Shown here one piece after another: positions 1 to 9,578 of a stretch of DNA of 64,000 bases (positions are counted from its first letter, which is position 1; each line of letters starts with the position of its first letter). This stretch comes from a virus. Taxonomy: Duplodnaviria > Caudoviricetes. The DNA lies in IMG/VR virus record IMGVR_UViG_3300004369_000013, positions 1,386-65,385 of that record; one strand, 5' to 3'. A program made the translations under genes and the position numbers. Below the pieces are notes generated by a model, which had not been told where the DNA came from, searched no databases, and was given only the letters and a program-made list of their open reading frames with translations.

Positions 1-1579
1 CTGCTTCTTCTTGGGCTTTTATCTCTGCCTGTTTTGTTGCTTCAGCAATTGCTTCTTCTTCAGCCTTGGCTTTTGCTTCTGCTTCAGCCTTTGCCTGAAT
101 TCTTGCTGCTTCTTCTGCTGCTTCTGCTGCAGCAATTCTTTCTGCTTCTGCTTTGGCTGCTGCTGCTTGGGCTGCAACTATTGCTGCTGTTTCAGCCTCT
201 ATTCTTGCTGCCTCTGCTGCCTGTGCTGCTGCTTGGGCTGCTGTTTGGGCTGCAATTTCTGCTTCGGCTTGGGCTTGTGCTGCTGCTAAAGCATCTGCTG
301 TCGCTTGTGCTTCTGCCTCTGCTTGTGCTGCTGCTGCTTCTGTTGCTAACCTTATGGCCTCTTCTTCTTCAGTTGGTCCAGTAGGCTCTTCAATTGGTCC
401 TGGCTCTGGTGTAGGTTCAGGGGCAGGCTCTTCAGTTGGCTCTGTTGTAGGTTCAGGGGCAGGCTCTTCAATTGGTCCTGGCTCTGGTGTAGGTTCAGGG
501 GCAGGCTCTTCAGTTGGTTCTACAACTGGCTCATCAGTTGGCTCTGGTTCGGGTGTAACTTCTGGTGATGGTTCAGGTGTGGGTTCCTCTGTAGGATCCA
601 CCGTAGGTTCAGGAGAAGGCTCTGGGGTAGGCTCTTCTGTTGGTTCTTCGGTAGGTTCAGGAGAAGGTTCTGGAGTAGGTTCAGGAGAAGGTTCTGGAGT
701 AGGTTCAGGAGCAGGTGCTACATATGTAGACCCAGTAACAACGTTTGAATTTTCAGAGTAAAGAGAAAATGTATCGTTATCTGATCTAATATGAAATGAC
801 CATACGGTTCCTGCTGGAAGAAGGCTATCTAATAATGAATGATTAATTGTAATTGTTGTGTTAAGAGCATTAGCATCTCCAACATTTCCAGTTGCTATTC
901 CCCATCCCCCGCTACCTGCACTAAAAGAGATAGCATATCTTTCTGGTTGAGTGTTTCCAGTGTCTGGTGCTTCCCAACTTAAGACTATTGATGTTTCTCC
1001 ACTAGATATTGTTAAATTTCTTGGAGGACCTATTGTTTTTACTACTGGGGCTGCTTGTGAAGTAAAGGCTTCTGCTGGAATAACTTGCATTGACCCAGAC
1101 TGATTCCACCATAGTTCAACCCAAGCACCTCCACCATTTTCATAGTACAGTAACTCTATGGTCTTTGGAACTCCTGCCGTAAATGCTACTGGTGCGCTTG
1201 TTGTTCCTCCGCCACCTTTGTCGTACCAGTCGTTTGTTATATTAATACCGTCAATGTAAAGTTTTGTTCCATCATCTGCTGTTGCATAAAATGATATATC
1301 CTGAGTAGAATCGCTTCTAATTGACCCTGTAAATCGTACAACAACATCCTCTGAGGGACCGCCTAAGACGCTACCCTCGCCCCACTGGAAGTCAATGTTG
1401 GGTACGTTTGTAGTTACTACTGGAGAGGCTTCCTGTGGTATGTAAGGAGATTCGTTTTGTCCTAGTACATCATAAACCTGAGCAGTCAAACCTTCTGATG
1501 CATGTGCTTTGTCAATTCCTAAAAAGAGGGGAAATAGAGCAAGTGACGCAATTAATGTTATTCTTAATAACTTTTTAAT
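1..1579 (-). CDS. Secreted surface protein (signal peptide, PA14 domain, FN3-like domain, Pro/Glu stalk, Ala/Glu coiled coil); 3' end beyond the window
   Basis: Not in the ORF track; translated by hand: [30 protein letters not shown]...[10 protein letters not shown]...VVRFTG...[11 protein letters not shown]...YYENGGGA (PA14-like), PPRNLT...LSWEAP (FN3-like), then EPTPEP repeats. AGGAG at 1590-1586, ATT at 1579, in-frame TAG at 1591-1589. Confidence 0.85.
   Translation of the reverse strand, partial: MKKLLRITLIASLALFPLFLGIDKAHASEGLTAQVYDVLGQNESPYIPQEASPVVTTNVPNIDFQWGEGSVLGGPSEDVVVRFTGSIRSDSTQDISFYATADDGTKLYIDGINITNDWYDKGGGGTTSAPVAFTAGVPKTIELLYYENGGGAWVELWWNQSGSMQVIPAEAFTSQAAPVVKTIGPPRNLTISSGETSIVLSWEAPDTGNTQPERYAISFSAGSGGWGIATGNVGDANALNTTITINHSLLDSLLPAGTVWSFHIRSDNDTFSLYSENSNVVTGSTYVAPAPEPTPEPSPEPTPEPSPEPTEEPTEEPTPEPSPEPTVDPTEEPTPEPSPEVTPEPEPTDEPVVEPTEEPAPEPTPEPGPIEEPAPEPTTEPTEEPAPEPTPEPGPIEEPTGPTEEEEAIRLATEAAAAQAEAEAQATADALAAAQAQAEAEIAAQTAAQAAAQAAEAARIEAETAAIVAAQAAAAKAEAERIAAAEAAEEAARIQAKAEAEAKAKAEEEAIAEATKQAEIKAQEEA
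383..710. repeat. Coding repeats in the Pro/Glu stalk
   Basis: 57-bp perfect repeat at 383-439 and 461-517; 24-bp tandem unit gtaggttcaggagaaggttctgga from 651 (about 2.5 copies). Confidence 0.9.
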
Positions 1580-1623
1580 CTTTAACTCCTAATAGTCGTA
1601 GTGGTGATATGACTAATAAGGCT

Positions 1624-1632
1624 ATTATATCA
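1624..1632 (-). promoter_or_regulatory. Extended -10 promoter TGATATAAT
   Basis: Motif upstream of the PA14 gene RBS; the same motif recurs in many intergenic gaps. Confidence 0.7.
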
Positions 1633-1643
1633 TTTTATGCAAC

Positions 1644-1671
1644 AAAAAAGGGAGCCAGTTTCCTGACTCCC
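1644..1671 (-). terminator. Intrinsic terminator
   Basis: GGGAGUCAG-GAAA-CUGGCUCCC followed by U6. Confidence 0.85.
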
Positions 1672-1692
1672 CTAGTTGTTAGATTAAGGTTT

Positions 1693-3432
1693 TTACTTTT
1701 TTACTTTTACCCTCTTTGCAATCTTGGCAACTGTGTTGGCAAGAGTTGTAATTTGTGCCTTTAGGGCTGCCATCAAAGTTGTAACCTCAGTTGATAGAGC
1801 CTCAACGGCTGAGGTTGCAGCATCAGCAGCATTGCGTGCCTCTTCAGCAGCAACTGTTGCAGCATCTGCTGCTTCAGCAGCAAGGTTTGCAGCATCTGTA
1901 GCAGCCTGTGCTGCCTTTGCTGCATCTTCAGAAGCCTTTGTAGCAGCCTTTGCTGCTTCATTAGATACTGTTGCTGATGCTGTAACTGCAACCTGTCCTG
2001 CTACTGGAAGAGATGATCCACCTGTTGCAGTAATTGTTACAGTGTTTTCTGTCAAAGGCATAAATACCTTATATGACTTAACTGTTTCTGTATCAGTTGT
2101 GATTGATGTTGCTGTAAGAACATCTGAACCTGAACCAAATGCATAGGTTGAAGTAATTCCACCTGTTGCAAATAGTGCTGAGTGTGTCTTTCCAGATACT
2201 GGAAGACCTGCTGCATCAAGAACTTGAACCTTGATAGTTGCTGCTTCTCCTGGAAGATATGTTTCCTTGTCAAATGACAACTTAACTGTTGCTGCTGCTG
2301 CCTCTACACGAGTAGCAACTGGAGCAGAAGCAATTGTTCCTGTTGAGTTCTTTACTGTAACCGCAACCCCACCTGCCTTAACACCTGTAAGCGTAAAGAC
2401 TGCTTCACCGTTTACGATTGTTGCTGCTGTACCTGAATCAGATACTGTCGCTACATCTGATGAGTATGCATAAAGTGTGCCTGCTCCTACTGCTACGCCT
2501 GATGCATCTCTAGCAACTGCCTTTACGGTGGTTGTATTTGCGCCAAGTGCGATAACAGACTTAACTGGAGTTGCCGTAATTGTAGCAATATCTCCATAGA
2601 ATGTTACAGTCTCTGTTGCAAGAACTGTACCTGTAAGTGTTGTAAGAGTAATTGTTCCAACTCCTGCTGTACCGTCAGCAAAAATACCAATATAGTTACC
2701 TGTTGGAATAACAATTGAGCGACCAGCAGAAGACATTGTTGTGGCATTAGTGCCATATCCAATCAAACCTGATCCTGATACTGTTGCAAGAATTGCTTCT
2801 GTTGCAGATCCTCCTGCAGCATTCTTAGGTGTAACAACGATAACCGCTGCTGCATCAGATGATGCTGTTTTTGGTGCGTACACTGTTGCATCTGTTGTTG
2901 CAGTTGTTACTTCTCCTGCATTGAGGATTGAAGTTGTTGTTGCTGCAGATGGAGTAATGTCCCCTGTTTTAACCGTAACTGTCCATGAAATAGTTGGACC
3001 AGTTGATGGCTTGGTTGTGATAACTCGTGCCTCATAAGTACCTGCAACTGTAGGTGCAACCAATGACAGCGTAAATTTTGCAGTTACATATCCTGGTGTG
3101 TTTACAGTTGAGTTAACATCTGCCGATATATTGCTAGCAGCAACCTCTACTGTTGAAGTTGTTGTTTCAAGCAAAGTAAGTGTTGCATTCTTTGCAGCGC
3201 CTGTTGGCTGTGAGAACATGGCAGACAATACAGTTGCTGTATCTGCTGATGTTTCTGAAATAAATGACAATGTTACCACTGCTGTTGCGGTTTCACCTAC
3301 AAGGATTGAGTCTGTAGCAGAATCAATCGTTAGTGACGGTGCAATCACAGCAGCACTTGTCGGAAGTGCTGATAGTACGCCAAAGGACATTGCTGCAGCG
3401 AGTCCTAGGGCAATTTTCTTAAATGAATTCAT
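1693..3432 (-). CDS. Secreted Ig-like (Big-type) surface/S-layer-like protein with C-terminal Ala-rich coiled coil
   Basis: Signal peptide MNSFKKIALGLAAAMSFGVLSALPTSA; Thr/Ala/Val-rich beta domains; basic helical end LKAQITTLANTVAKIAKRVKVKK. Confidence 0.7.
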   Translation of the reverse strand: MNSFKKIALGLAAAMSFGVLSALPTSAAVIAPSLTIDSATDSILVGETATAVVTLSFISETSADTATVLSAMFSQPTGAAKNATLTLLETTTSTVEVAASNISADVNSTVNTPGYVTAKFTLSLVAPTVAGTYEARVITTKPSTGPTISWTVTVKTGDITPSAATTTSILNAGEVTTATTDATVYAPKTASSDAAAVIVVTPKNAAGGSATEAILATVSGSGLIGYGTNATTMSSAGRSIVIPTGNYIGIFADGTAGVGTITLTTLTGTVLATETVTFYGDIATITATPVKSVIALGANTTTVKAVARDASGVAVGAGTLYAYSSDVATVSDSGTAATIVNGEAVFTLTGVKAGGVAVTVKNSTGTIASAPVATRVEAAAATVKLSFDKETYLPGEAATIKVQVLDAAGLPVSGKTHSALFATGGITSTYAFGSGSDVLTATSITTDTETVKSYKVFMPLTENTVTITATGGSSLPVAGQVAVTASATVSNEAAKAATKASEDAAKAAQAATDAANLAAEAADAATVAAEEARNAADAATSAVEALSTEVTTLMAALKAQITTLANTVAKIAKRVKVKK

Positions 3433-3449
3433 TATTCTCCTTGTTATTT

Positions 3450-5234
3450 TTATATTAGGTTAAGTTTATCTAGAAAGTCCTTAACATCGTTAGGCATTTC
3501 CCGATTATCCAATTCTACCATACGTTGCTGTTTTTCTGCAAGTCGTGTAGAAGAACTCCATGTGTGAATCTCTATCTCTGTATTATTAGTCTTTTGTGTA
3601 TGGGATATTGCTCCAAATACCGCCCCACAGACCGCATCGGCCAAGTCTTTTGACCTTTTACGAGGGTGATCAACCCTGTTGCCTTTCATTATTTTTAATT
3701 CTGACATTTCTTCTAACAATATAGGAATCATTGGTATGGCAACACGCTCTTCATAAATCATCATGGCCAAATCTTCATAGTGTTTTTTTGCAACTGACAC
3801 AGTTTCTGTTTTAATGCCAACAGCCTGAAGTTCATTCTGAATATCAAATGATTGCCAACGGTCAAAAGAAACCATTCCGATATTAAAGCCTTCTCTACGC
3901 AAATTAATGATCCACTGTTTTACTTCAGACAAGTTAACTGGTCCTTCTGCTTTTGGTTCCCACCAGGCAACGGCATCAACAACGACGATGGGGGCCACCT
4001 GTTCATAGTCTTTAATAACTTGAATGTTAACCCACTTATCTACATGTGCAATTGCTACCGCACACTTGTCATGCTTTTGTGCAAGGTCAGCGTGAATATA
4101 ATATACCTTTTCTGGGTCTGCTTTAAATGTTGCGTCAAACCTTCTAAATTGATCTAACGGATTTCTGGTATTCATACATTTCTCTAACTTCTCTTTTTGT
4201 TTAAAGAATGCATCTGATGCGTAGGTTGGCATACATGCAAACCTCATCATTGCATCACCAAGGTCTGTGTAAAAAGCCAACTTAAAATCTTCTATTTTTC
4301 TTGTGGGGTTTACTTCCCATGTTGGTCTTTTAAATGCATATACTCTTGGAACTTTGTATGACAATATTGTGTCTTCATCCCATGAAATTTCAAACTGGTT
4401 TGCTGGATCATCATGTGGCAAGTCTTCATTCATTATGAAGTTATGTGTGCGTTCAATGGTTTCTTTTTCAGCAATAACTGACTCATATCTTTGTGAAATA
4501 AAATCACCTTGATATCGGGGAAATGAAAGAAGAACCACCTTACCAAGATCAGGAAAGCGAGAGTCTACTGATCCACGGAAAGCCTTGTAGATGTTGTCTG
4601 CAGTTTTACCTTGCTCGTTGCCAGTATTAACTTCTGTTGCAAACCCAGAAATCTCATCAAGTACTGCCATAAGAAGGTTTAGCCCCTCATGCGATTCTCT
4701 TTCTGAGTGTCCAGAATAAACTGTTATTGATTTATCAAACTCAACTGAGTCTGCTTTGGCATTATACTTTCCAGCAAACCAAGGAGACTTTTCAATTTTT
4801 GTTTTAAATCCTTTAAAAAAAACATTTTTTGCTTGTTGTGCGTTAATAGCAACATTTATGAGGTCAATAGCGTCTCCTGCAGGCTTACCAAAGTAAGTTG
4901 CTGGATCTTTAAGGCATAAAAGTTTATACACTACATATGCACATGCCACCGTTGATATAAAGTCTTTTCCAGATCCCTTGCCAAGTTGTAGAATCAGTTC
5001 ATTCTTTGTATACTTATTAAAATGGTTTAGTCCTTCAGCCTGCCCCATCAATTCTATTAGATCTTCTTTACGGTAGATTTGACTCATGGCCTCTACGATT
5101 TCATATTGGATGTCAGACAGCAACGGTTGACCAAGATAGTTTGGTGACTGAACAAATGTTTTTACATCTACAGGAGTTTCAACAAAATGATTTTCTTTTA
5201 AAACATCAAAAAACTCATTGAACGTCGTGGACAA
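3450..5234 (-). CDS. terL: Terminase large subunit
   Basis: Walker A LGKGSGKD, Walker B VLDE, nuclease motifs HADLA, FDRWQS, KDLADA; TTG start with RBS. Confidence 0.92.
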   Translation of the reverse strand: MSTTFNEFFDVLKENHFVETPVDVKTFVQSPNYLGQPLLSDIQYEIVEAMSQIYRKEDLIELMGQAEGLNHFNKYTKNELILQLGKGSGKDFISTVACAYVVYKLLCLKDPATYFGKPAGDAIDLINVAINAQQAKNVFFKGFKTKIEKSPWFAGKYNAKADSVEFDKSITVYSGHSERESHEGLNLLMAVLDEISGFATEVNTGNEQGKTADNIYKAFRGSVDSRFPDLGKVVLLSFPRYQGDFISQRYESVIAEKETIERTHNFIMNEDLPHDDPANQFEISWDEDTILSYKVPRVYAFKRPTWEVNPTRKIEDFKLAFYTDLGDAMMRFACMPTYASDAFFKQKEKLEKCMNTRNPLDQFRRFDATFKADPEKVYYIHADLAQKHDKCAVAIAHVDKWVNIQVIKDYEQVAPIVVVDAVAWWEPKAEGPVNLSEVKQWIINLRREGFNIGMVSFDRWQSFDIQNELQAVGIKTETVSVAKKHYEDLAMMIYEERVAIPMIPILLEEMSELKIMKGNRVDHPRKRSKDLADAVCGAVFGAISHTQKTNNTEIEIHTWSSSTRLAEKQQRMVELDNREMPNDVKDFLDKLNLI

Positions 5235-5751
5235 TTGTAATCACCTCTCCTTCTTTGGCAATCTGAGAAAGTCGGTGCATAATTAAATCACGAACTTCTG
5301 GGTGGGTAGAAGCAATTTCTCTAAGTATTTCAACCAACACATCTTGCCTTCTTTCAATCTCAATCATTTCTTCTGCAAGTTCTTTGTTCTCAAGCAAGCC
5401 AGCCTTTTGAAGCATCTCAATTCTAGATTTTTCAATGTCCATAACTAGTTTGATTGCCTGTGTTTTTGCACTAAGATTATTTGTCATTGATGCCTCGTCA
5501 ATAACTTCATATGCTTTTGTGATTAACTTACTATAATGTGTGTCTGCTCCAGCAAGAGCCTCTTTGGCACGAGCACGAATTGCCTCATTAGCAGAAGCCA
5601 TAACCTTCCACTCATTAATTAATGCAACAACACGAGTTCTTGGCATATCTAAGTCTTTAGATATTTTTGTTGGATCTTGTCCTTTTAAATACTCTGTGAC
5701 AACCTTGTTTACCTCATCAAGATGTTGAATTAGTTCTGTTTCAGTTGACAT
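5215..5751 (-). CDS. Probable terminase small subunit
   Basis: N-terminal HTH-like segment plus helical region; overlaps the terL start. Confidence 0.6.
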   Translation of the reverse strand: MSTETELIQHLDEVNKVVTEYLKGQDPTKISKDLDMPRTRVVALINEWKVMASANEAIRARAKEALAGADTHYSKLITKAYEVIDEASMTNNLSAKTQAIKLVMDIEKSRIEMLQKAGLLENKELAEEMIEIERRQDVLVEILREIASTHPEVRDLIMHRLSQIAKEGEVITIVHDVQ

Positions 5752-6076
5752 TTTTTTCCTTTGCTATTTTAAGCAATACCAAATATCCAATAAGGTCATC
5801 TATATCATTATCTCCAACATAGTCTGTTCCCTTCATAAGTCTACTTAATTTGTCATCAATTCTTACTCTAAGTTGTTCTACTGGATCTGATTTACTAAAA
5901 ATTCTAACAGGCTCTAAGGCAGAATCACCATATGCAATATTTTTATCAATAAGCATTTTTGCAATTTTATGACATGTTGAAAAAATATCGTTACCAGAAG
6001 GTGCTGCAGTAGAGTGAAGGTATAAATCTTCACAACTAAATCTTTTTACATCTTTAAATACTGGTTGCAAGTTCAT
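5741..6076 (-). CDS. DUF1599/Nmad1-like all-alpha nucleotide pyrophosphatase-fold protein
   Basis: KNIAYGDS...RIDDKLSRL...DDLIGYLVL pattern. Confidence 0.65.
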   Translation of the reverse strand: MNLQPVFKDVKRFSCEDLYLHSTAAPSGNDIFSTCHKIAKMLIDKNIAYGDSALEPVRIFSKSDPVEQLRVRIDDKLSRLMKGTDYVGDNDIDDLIGYLVLLKIAKEKNVN

Positions 6077-6228
6077 CGCTTAGACTTCCTTAATCCAAAT
6101 TTAGCAAGGTATACGTAAATAGTTTCAACGCTAGTTCCGCACTCCTTAGCAATGTCTTGTGGAGACTTCTTATCCATAACAAACCTTTTACGGAGCCAAG
6201 TCTCGCTTGTATATAGTTTAGCAGCCAT
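6073..6228 (-). CDS. Small HTH DNA-binding protein
   Basis: KSPQDIAKECGTSVETIYVYL; ATG at 6228 chosen as start. Confidence 0.7.
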   Translation of the reverse strand: MAAKLYTSETWLRKRFVMDKKSPQDIAKECGTSVETIYVYLAKFGLRKSKR

Positions 6229-6232
6229 AATA

Positions 6233-6880
6233 TTATTTGTCAACTTCTGTATCAATAACGTCATAATGATATGCATCTGAATCTTCTGTGATCCACTTGG
6301 AAGCATCTTCTACGTCCCATTTTCGGGTATTAATAAGGCGATGTATAACAGGCTTACCAGGCTTTGTAGTAAATGAAGGCTCTAAAACAAAGATACGGTT
6401 GTTGGGTTGGATAGCAAAGTTACCATCATCACGTTGAATAACGTGCCCACATTTATGCTGACCAGGGTTTTCAGAGTAGCCATCATCAAGATTGTTTGCG
6501 TCTCCGCTGTACCAATCTAAAGTAAATAAATACTTACCAGATACCTTAGTCTTAGTTCTATCCGTATAGAACATGCTAAGGTTTGCAAGGTTTGAGAATT
6601 TTGTGACGGTAACAAAAGGACTAAAGGAATTCCATAATACTAAGTTGTGTATGTCTTCTTCTTTAACCCCTGGCTCAGTACAGAAAGCATTGATAGGCAT
6701 TCTCCACCAGATACCGCCATCCTCCATCATAAAATGAAACAGTGGGCTTCGGTTTGGTACACTGGATACGCCAAAGATCACACATGGAAAGTATTGATCG
6801 TGACTGTCTTTTTGGTTTCGCAAAAAATTACCACGAACATAGCATTCAATTGGCGGGATGTTTGCATTTAACTCTGGCAT
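6233..6880 (-). CDS. Phage hypothetical protein
   Basis: 215-aa ORF tightly packed in the operon. Confidence 0.75.
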   Translation of the reverse strand: MPELNANIPPIECYVRGNFLRNQKDSHDQYFPCVIFGVSSVPNRSPLFHFMMEDGGIWWRMPINAFCTEPGVKEEDIHNLVLWNSFSPFVTVTKFSNLANLSMFYTDRTKTKVSGKYLFTLDWYSGDANNLDDGYSENPGQHKCGHVIQRDDGNFAIQPNNRIFVLEPSFTTKPGKPVIHRLINTRKWDVEDASKWITEDSDAYHYDVIDTEVDK

Positions 6881-7056
6881 TATAGGCTACCTCTTTCTAC
6901 TATTTTTATTTTATCCCAATAACCTTCTGGATTTCCTTGATATGTTTGACCCGTTTCACGATCTATTAACAACCATTTTGTAGGAGCAAGAGTTTTTACA
7001 GTAAGTATGACTTCAGAACATTCTTCTTTGAAAATAAAACTATTTCTGTCGCTCAT
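6880..7056 (-). CDS. Small hypothetical protein (58 aa)
   Basis: Hand translation MSDRNSFIFKEE...KWLLIDRETGQTYQG...; ATGA and TAATG overlaps with both neighbours. Confidence 0.75.
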   Translation of the reverse strand: MSDRNSFIFKEECSEVILTVKTLAPTKWLLIDRETGQTYQGNPEGYWDKIKIVERGSL

Positions 7057-7646
7057 ATTGCACCTATTGCTTTACTCCAATTAGACAAAGCCCAGTGCCC
7101 AATACCACAAGCATCTGCTACATCATTATCTGTAATTGTTCTATCATAAATAGTATTAATAAACTTTATTGTTCTTTCTTTACGAAGATTTCTTTCGTAT
7201 GACTTATACCAAGAAACAGACTTTCCAGGATTAGCAGAGCGAATTGCCAACTGCTCTTCTTTAGATATCTTCTTGTTATTAATAAAGTTTTGCCATGTGA
7301 TAGGTGATACCTTGCCGATTACTTCTGTTTCTGATTGCCCTGCTGCTCCCAGAATAGCACCTTGCACAAGAGCAAGATCTGCAGCAGTCTTAGGGCTATT
7401 CATAAAAACAGTATGCTCAATAATGATTGCCCTAAATCCCTCATAGTGATCAAAAAATGCTTTTACTTTTTTGCCAGCATCCATTACTTTTTCATAAATA
7501 TCTTTGCCCTCAAAATTAATTTTTCCTACGGTACCTAGTGTTTTTTGTTTAGTATCAAACAAAGCAAAAGCAAGACTGTTAGTGCTGGCATCAATAGCAC
7601 AAATAGTATCTGGCATTAATGGAACGCCCCACTTACTCTTGTTCAT
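7053..7646 (-). CDS. RuvC-like Holliday junction resolvase
   Basis: AIDASTNSLAFA, IIEH and DVADACGI acidic motifs of the RNase H fold. Confidence 0.8.
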   Translation of the reverse strand: MNKSKWGVPLMPDTICAIDASTNSLAFALFDTKQKTLGTVGKINFEGKDIYEKVMDAGKKVKAFFDHYEGFRAIIIEHTVFMNSPKTAADLALVQGAILGAAGQSETEVIGKVSPITWQNFINNKKISKEEQLAIRSANPGKSVSWYKSYERNLRKERTIKFINTIYDRTITDNDVADACGIGHWALSNWSKAIGAI

Positions 7647-7923
7647 AATCAAAAAATCCTTTCAATTGCTTCAATATTTTATCTACTTCTTTTTTATTTA
7701 CATTGCAATTGGGGCAAAATCCAAAATCATTATATATAGACAACTGCTCTCCACAACCACCAAGACAAAGTCTTTTTTTACCTATTCTATTTTGTCTGCG
7801 AGTTATTTGATATCTTTCGGCTATCTTTGCTTTTGTTGCTTCTTCTCTACAAGAACTTCCGCAATAAATTTGATAACTTACTTTTGGCTTAAATGGGCTA
7901 TCGCACCTTTCACATAATTTCAC
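7633..7923 (-). CDS. Cys-rich zinc-finger protein
   Basis: CERC, CGSSC, CLGGC, CPNC. Confidence 0.7.
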   Translation of the reverse strand: MKLCERCDSPFKPKVSYQIYCGSSCREEATKAKIAERYQITRRQNRIGKKRLCLGGCGEQLSIYNDFGFCPNCNVNKKEVDKILKQLKGFFDYEQE

Positions 7924-7928
7924 ATTGA

Positions 7929-8789
7929 TTAATCCTCTTCGTCTTTTAATAATACCAACGGTTTAATCTTTATTGTGCCTGTCCCTGCTTCGGCACACGC
8001 TTTTTGAATTGGACACACCTTGCAAATTTTTGAATTTGAGCGATATGGAATTTCTGGCAATTGTTGATCTTTCCAATTTTTATAAACTACTCTCATCCAC
8101 TCAAAAGCCTGTTCTACCCAATTACGATAATGCTCATTTACCACTACAGGCAACGTAAGTAACTCATGGTTATTTTTATTTTCATAAATCATAACGCCTT
8201 TACGAATCTTTAAAACCTTCATATACATTAATAACTGCATTAAGTGACCCATCTTAGGTCGTCTACTTATTTTTTTATATTGAAAACCATCGTTAGGCAT
8301 TGTCTTTATTTCGCCAAGAAGTCTTTCGCCCTTGTAGTCAAGCATGACATCCCCGTATCCATCAAATGGCGGATCATCAGTTTTAACTCTAAACTCCATT
8401 GCTGGATGAGTTTGCTTATTATACTTTCTTGGTAGTGGATCAAACTCCATGTCTTGTGCAAGCAGACCAGAGGCTGCTATTGCTTCTTGTATTCTTTCAT
8501 GTCCAAGACTTCCCTGTGTTCTGTTTGCTACACCAAAAGCGTCTGCATTATCATAAAATATTTGCCCCTCAAAAGCCAAATACCAATACCTTGGACACTC
8601 TCCAGAACCATAGGTTAAGTTTGATGCAGAAAAATTATTCTTCTTTGTAAATTTTGGTTTTGTTTTAGCAAGATAGCCAGAGTTGATTGCCTCTACTAAG
8701 CCTTCAACAAAATCTTCATCCTCTGCGGTATTCTTAACCTTGCCCTGATTATTTTTAATCATAACTTGCTTTAATAAATTTTTAGCCAT
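7929..8789 (-). CDS. Cas4-like PD-(D/E)xK exonuclease
   Basis: CPRYWY, GHE, GD...EIKT, QLLMY, CKVC-x5-C (Fe-S ligand pattern). Confidence 0.85.
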   Translation of the reverse strand: MAKNLLKQVMIKNNQGKVKNTAEDEDFVEGLVEAINSGYLAKTKPKFTKKNNFSASNLTYGSGECPRYWYLAFEGQIFYDNADAFGVANRTQGSLGHERIQEAIAASGLLAQDMEFDPLPRKYNKQTHPAMEFRVKTDDPPFDGYGDVMLDYKGERLLGEIKTMPNDGFQYKKISRRPKMGHLMQLLMYMKVLKIRKGVMIYENKNNHELLTLPVVVNEHYRNWVEQAFEWMRVVYKNWKDQQLPEIPYRSNSKICKVCPIQKACAEAGTGTIKIKPLVLLKDEED

Positions 8790-8822
8790 TGTTTATCCTT
8801 TGTTTGTACTAAGTATAGCAGG

Positions 8823-9128
8823 TTAGCGGATTATGTATTTAAGCGCTGATACCAAGTTGTTGATTGAATCTGCTGCCGTGAAATATATGTTCTTTTTTGC
8901 TCTGTCCGACTTGTCAACGTTGGCCATCCAAGTTGCTTTAAATGACATTTTTGCAGCAATGGCTTGTAAGCGAACTATTTCAACCGTAGCCACATTAAGA
9001 GGTATGTCTGGTTTAATTATAATCTTGGCAATAAAGGTAAGTGCTGTGGTCAACTCCTCATCTTGCATATAGTCTGCTATCTCTGCCAAACCATTTACCA
9101 TATCTATTGTTGTTTGCTGTTGCTCCAT
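8823..9128 (-). CDS. Hypothetical protein
   Basis: 101-aa helical ORF in the operon. Confidence 0.7.
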   Translation of the reverse strand: MEQQQTTIDMVNGLAEIADYMQDEELTTALTFIAKIIIKPDIPLNVATVEIVRLQAIAAKMSFKATWMANVDKSDRAKKNIYFTAADSINNLVSALKYIIR

Positions 9129-9409
9129 TATTCCTCCATTATGTTTTCTAGTATACTCATTTCAATTATAGCAAGTCTTACCTTTGCGTTACCCTCGCCC
9201 ATTACGACCACTATTGCTGGATCTTTGCCATTTTTCATGGCATCTGTAGTAGCCTTAGCCCAAACCTCTTTATTTAAAGTAAAAGACTTTCCAACTTCTT
9301 TAAAATCTACAACAAAAGTTTTCCAAGAAGCATCACCTTTTTGGGTATTGCGTCCAGAATTTTTGTGCTGTTTAGCACCAATTCTTTTGCTTTCGCTTTT
9401 CTCAGTCAT
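9128..9409 (-). CDS. Hjc-like PD-(D/E)xK resolvase/nuclease
   Basis: NSG...KGD...VDFK motif. Confidence 0.65.
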   Translation of the reverse strand: MTEKSESKRIGAKQHKNSGRNTQKGDASWKTFVVDFKEVGKSFTLNKEVWAKATTDAMKNGKDPAIVVVMGEGNAKVRLAIIEMSILENIMEE

Positions 9410-9578
9410 TTTTTTTTACTTTTTTATATCCTTTTTTAAATAACATTACTTCTGATAAATGTTTTTCTGAACACATCCAAGATGCCATACCAGCATCCAT
9501 ATAAACTCTCATAGTTTTTACTTCTTTTTTGCAAGTTTTACAAGGAAACTTTCCTTCGTATGTGCTGTAATTATTCAT
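9402..9578 (-). CDS. Small zinc-ribbon protein (58 aa)
   Basis: Hand translation MNNYSTYEGKFPCKTCKK...WMCSEKH; overlaps both neighbours. Confidence 0.7.
   Translation of the reverse strand: MNNYSTYEGKFPCKTCKKEVKTMRVYMDAGMASWMCSEKHLSEVMLFKKGYKKVKKND

Noticed and set aside
383-710. Repeats as a CRISPR array
   Set aside because: They are in-frame coding repeats with periods divisible by three and no series of unique spacers.
11-761. Cys-rich, Leu-rich and Gly/Ser-rich plus-strand ORFs (11..289, 34..384, 153..761)
   Set aside because: Antisense shadows of the Ala/Glu and Pro/Glu repeats of the real minus-strand gene.
7929-8789. Cas4 as evidence of a CRISPR-Cas system
   Set aside because: No cas1/cas2 or array; stand-alone Cas4-like nucleases are common in phage recombination modules.
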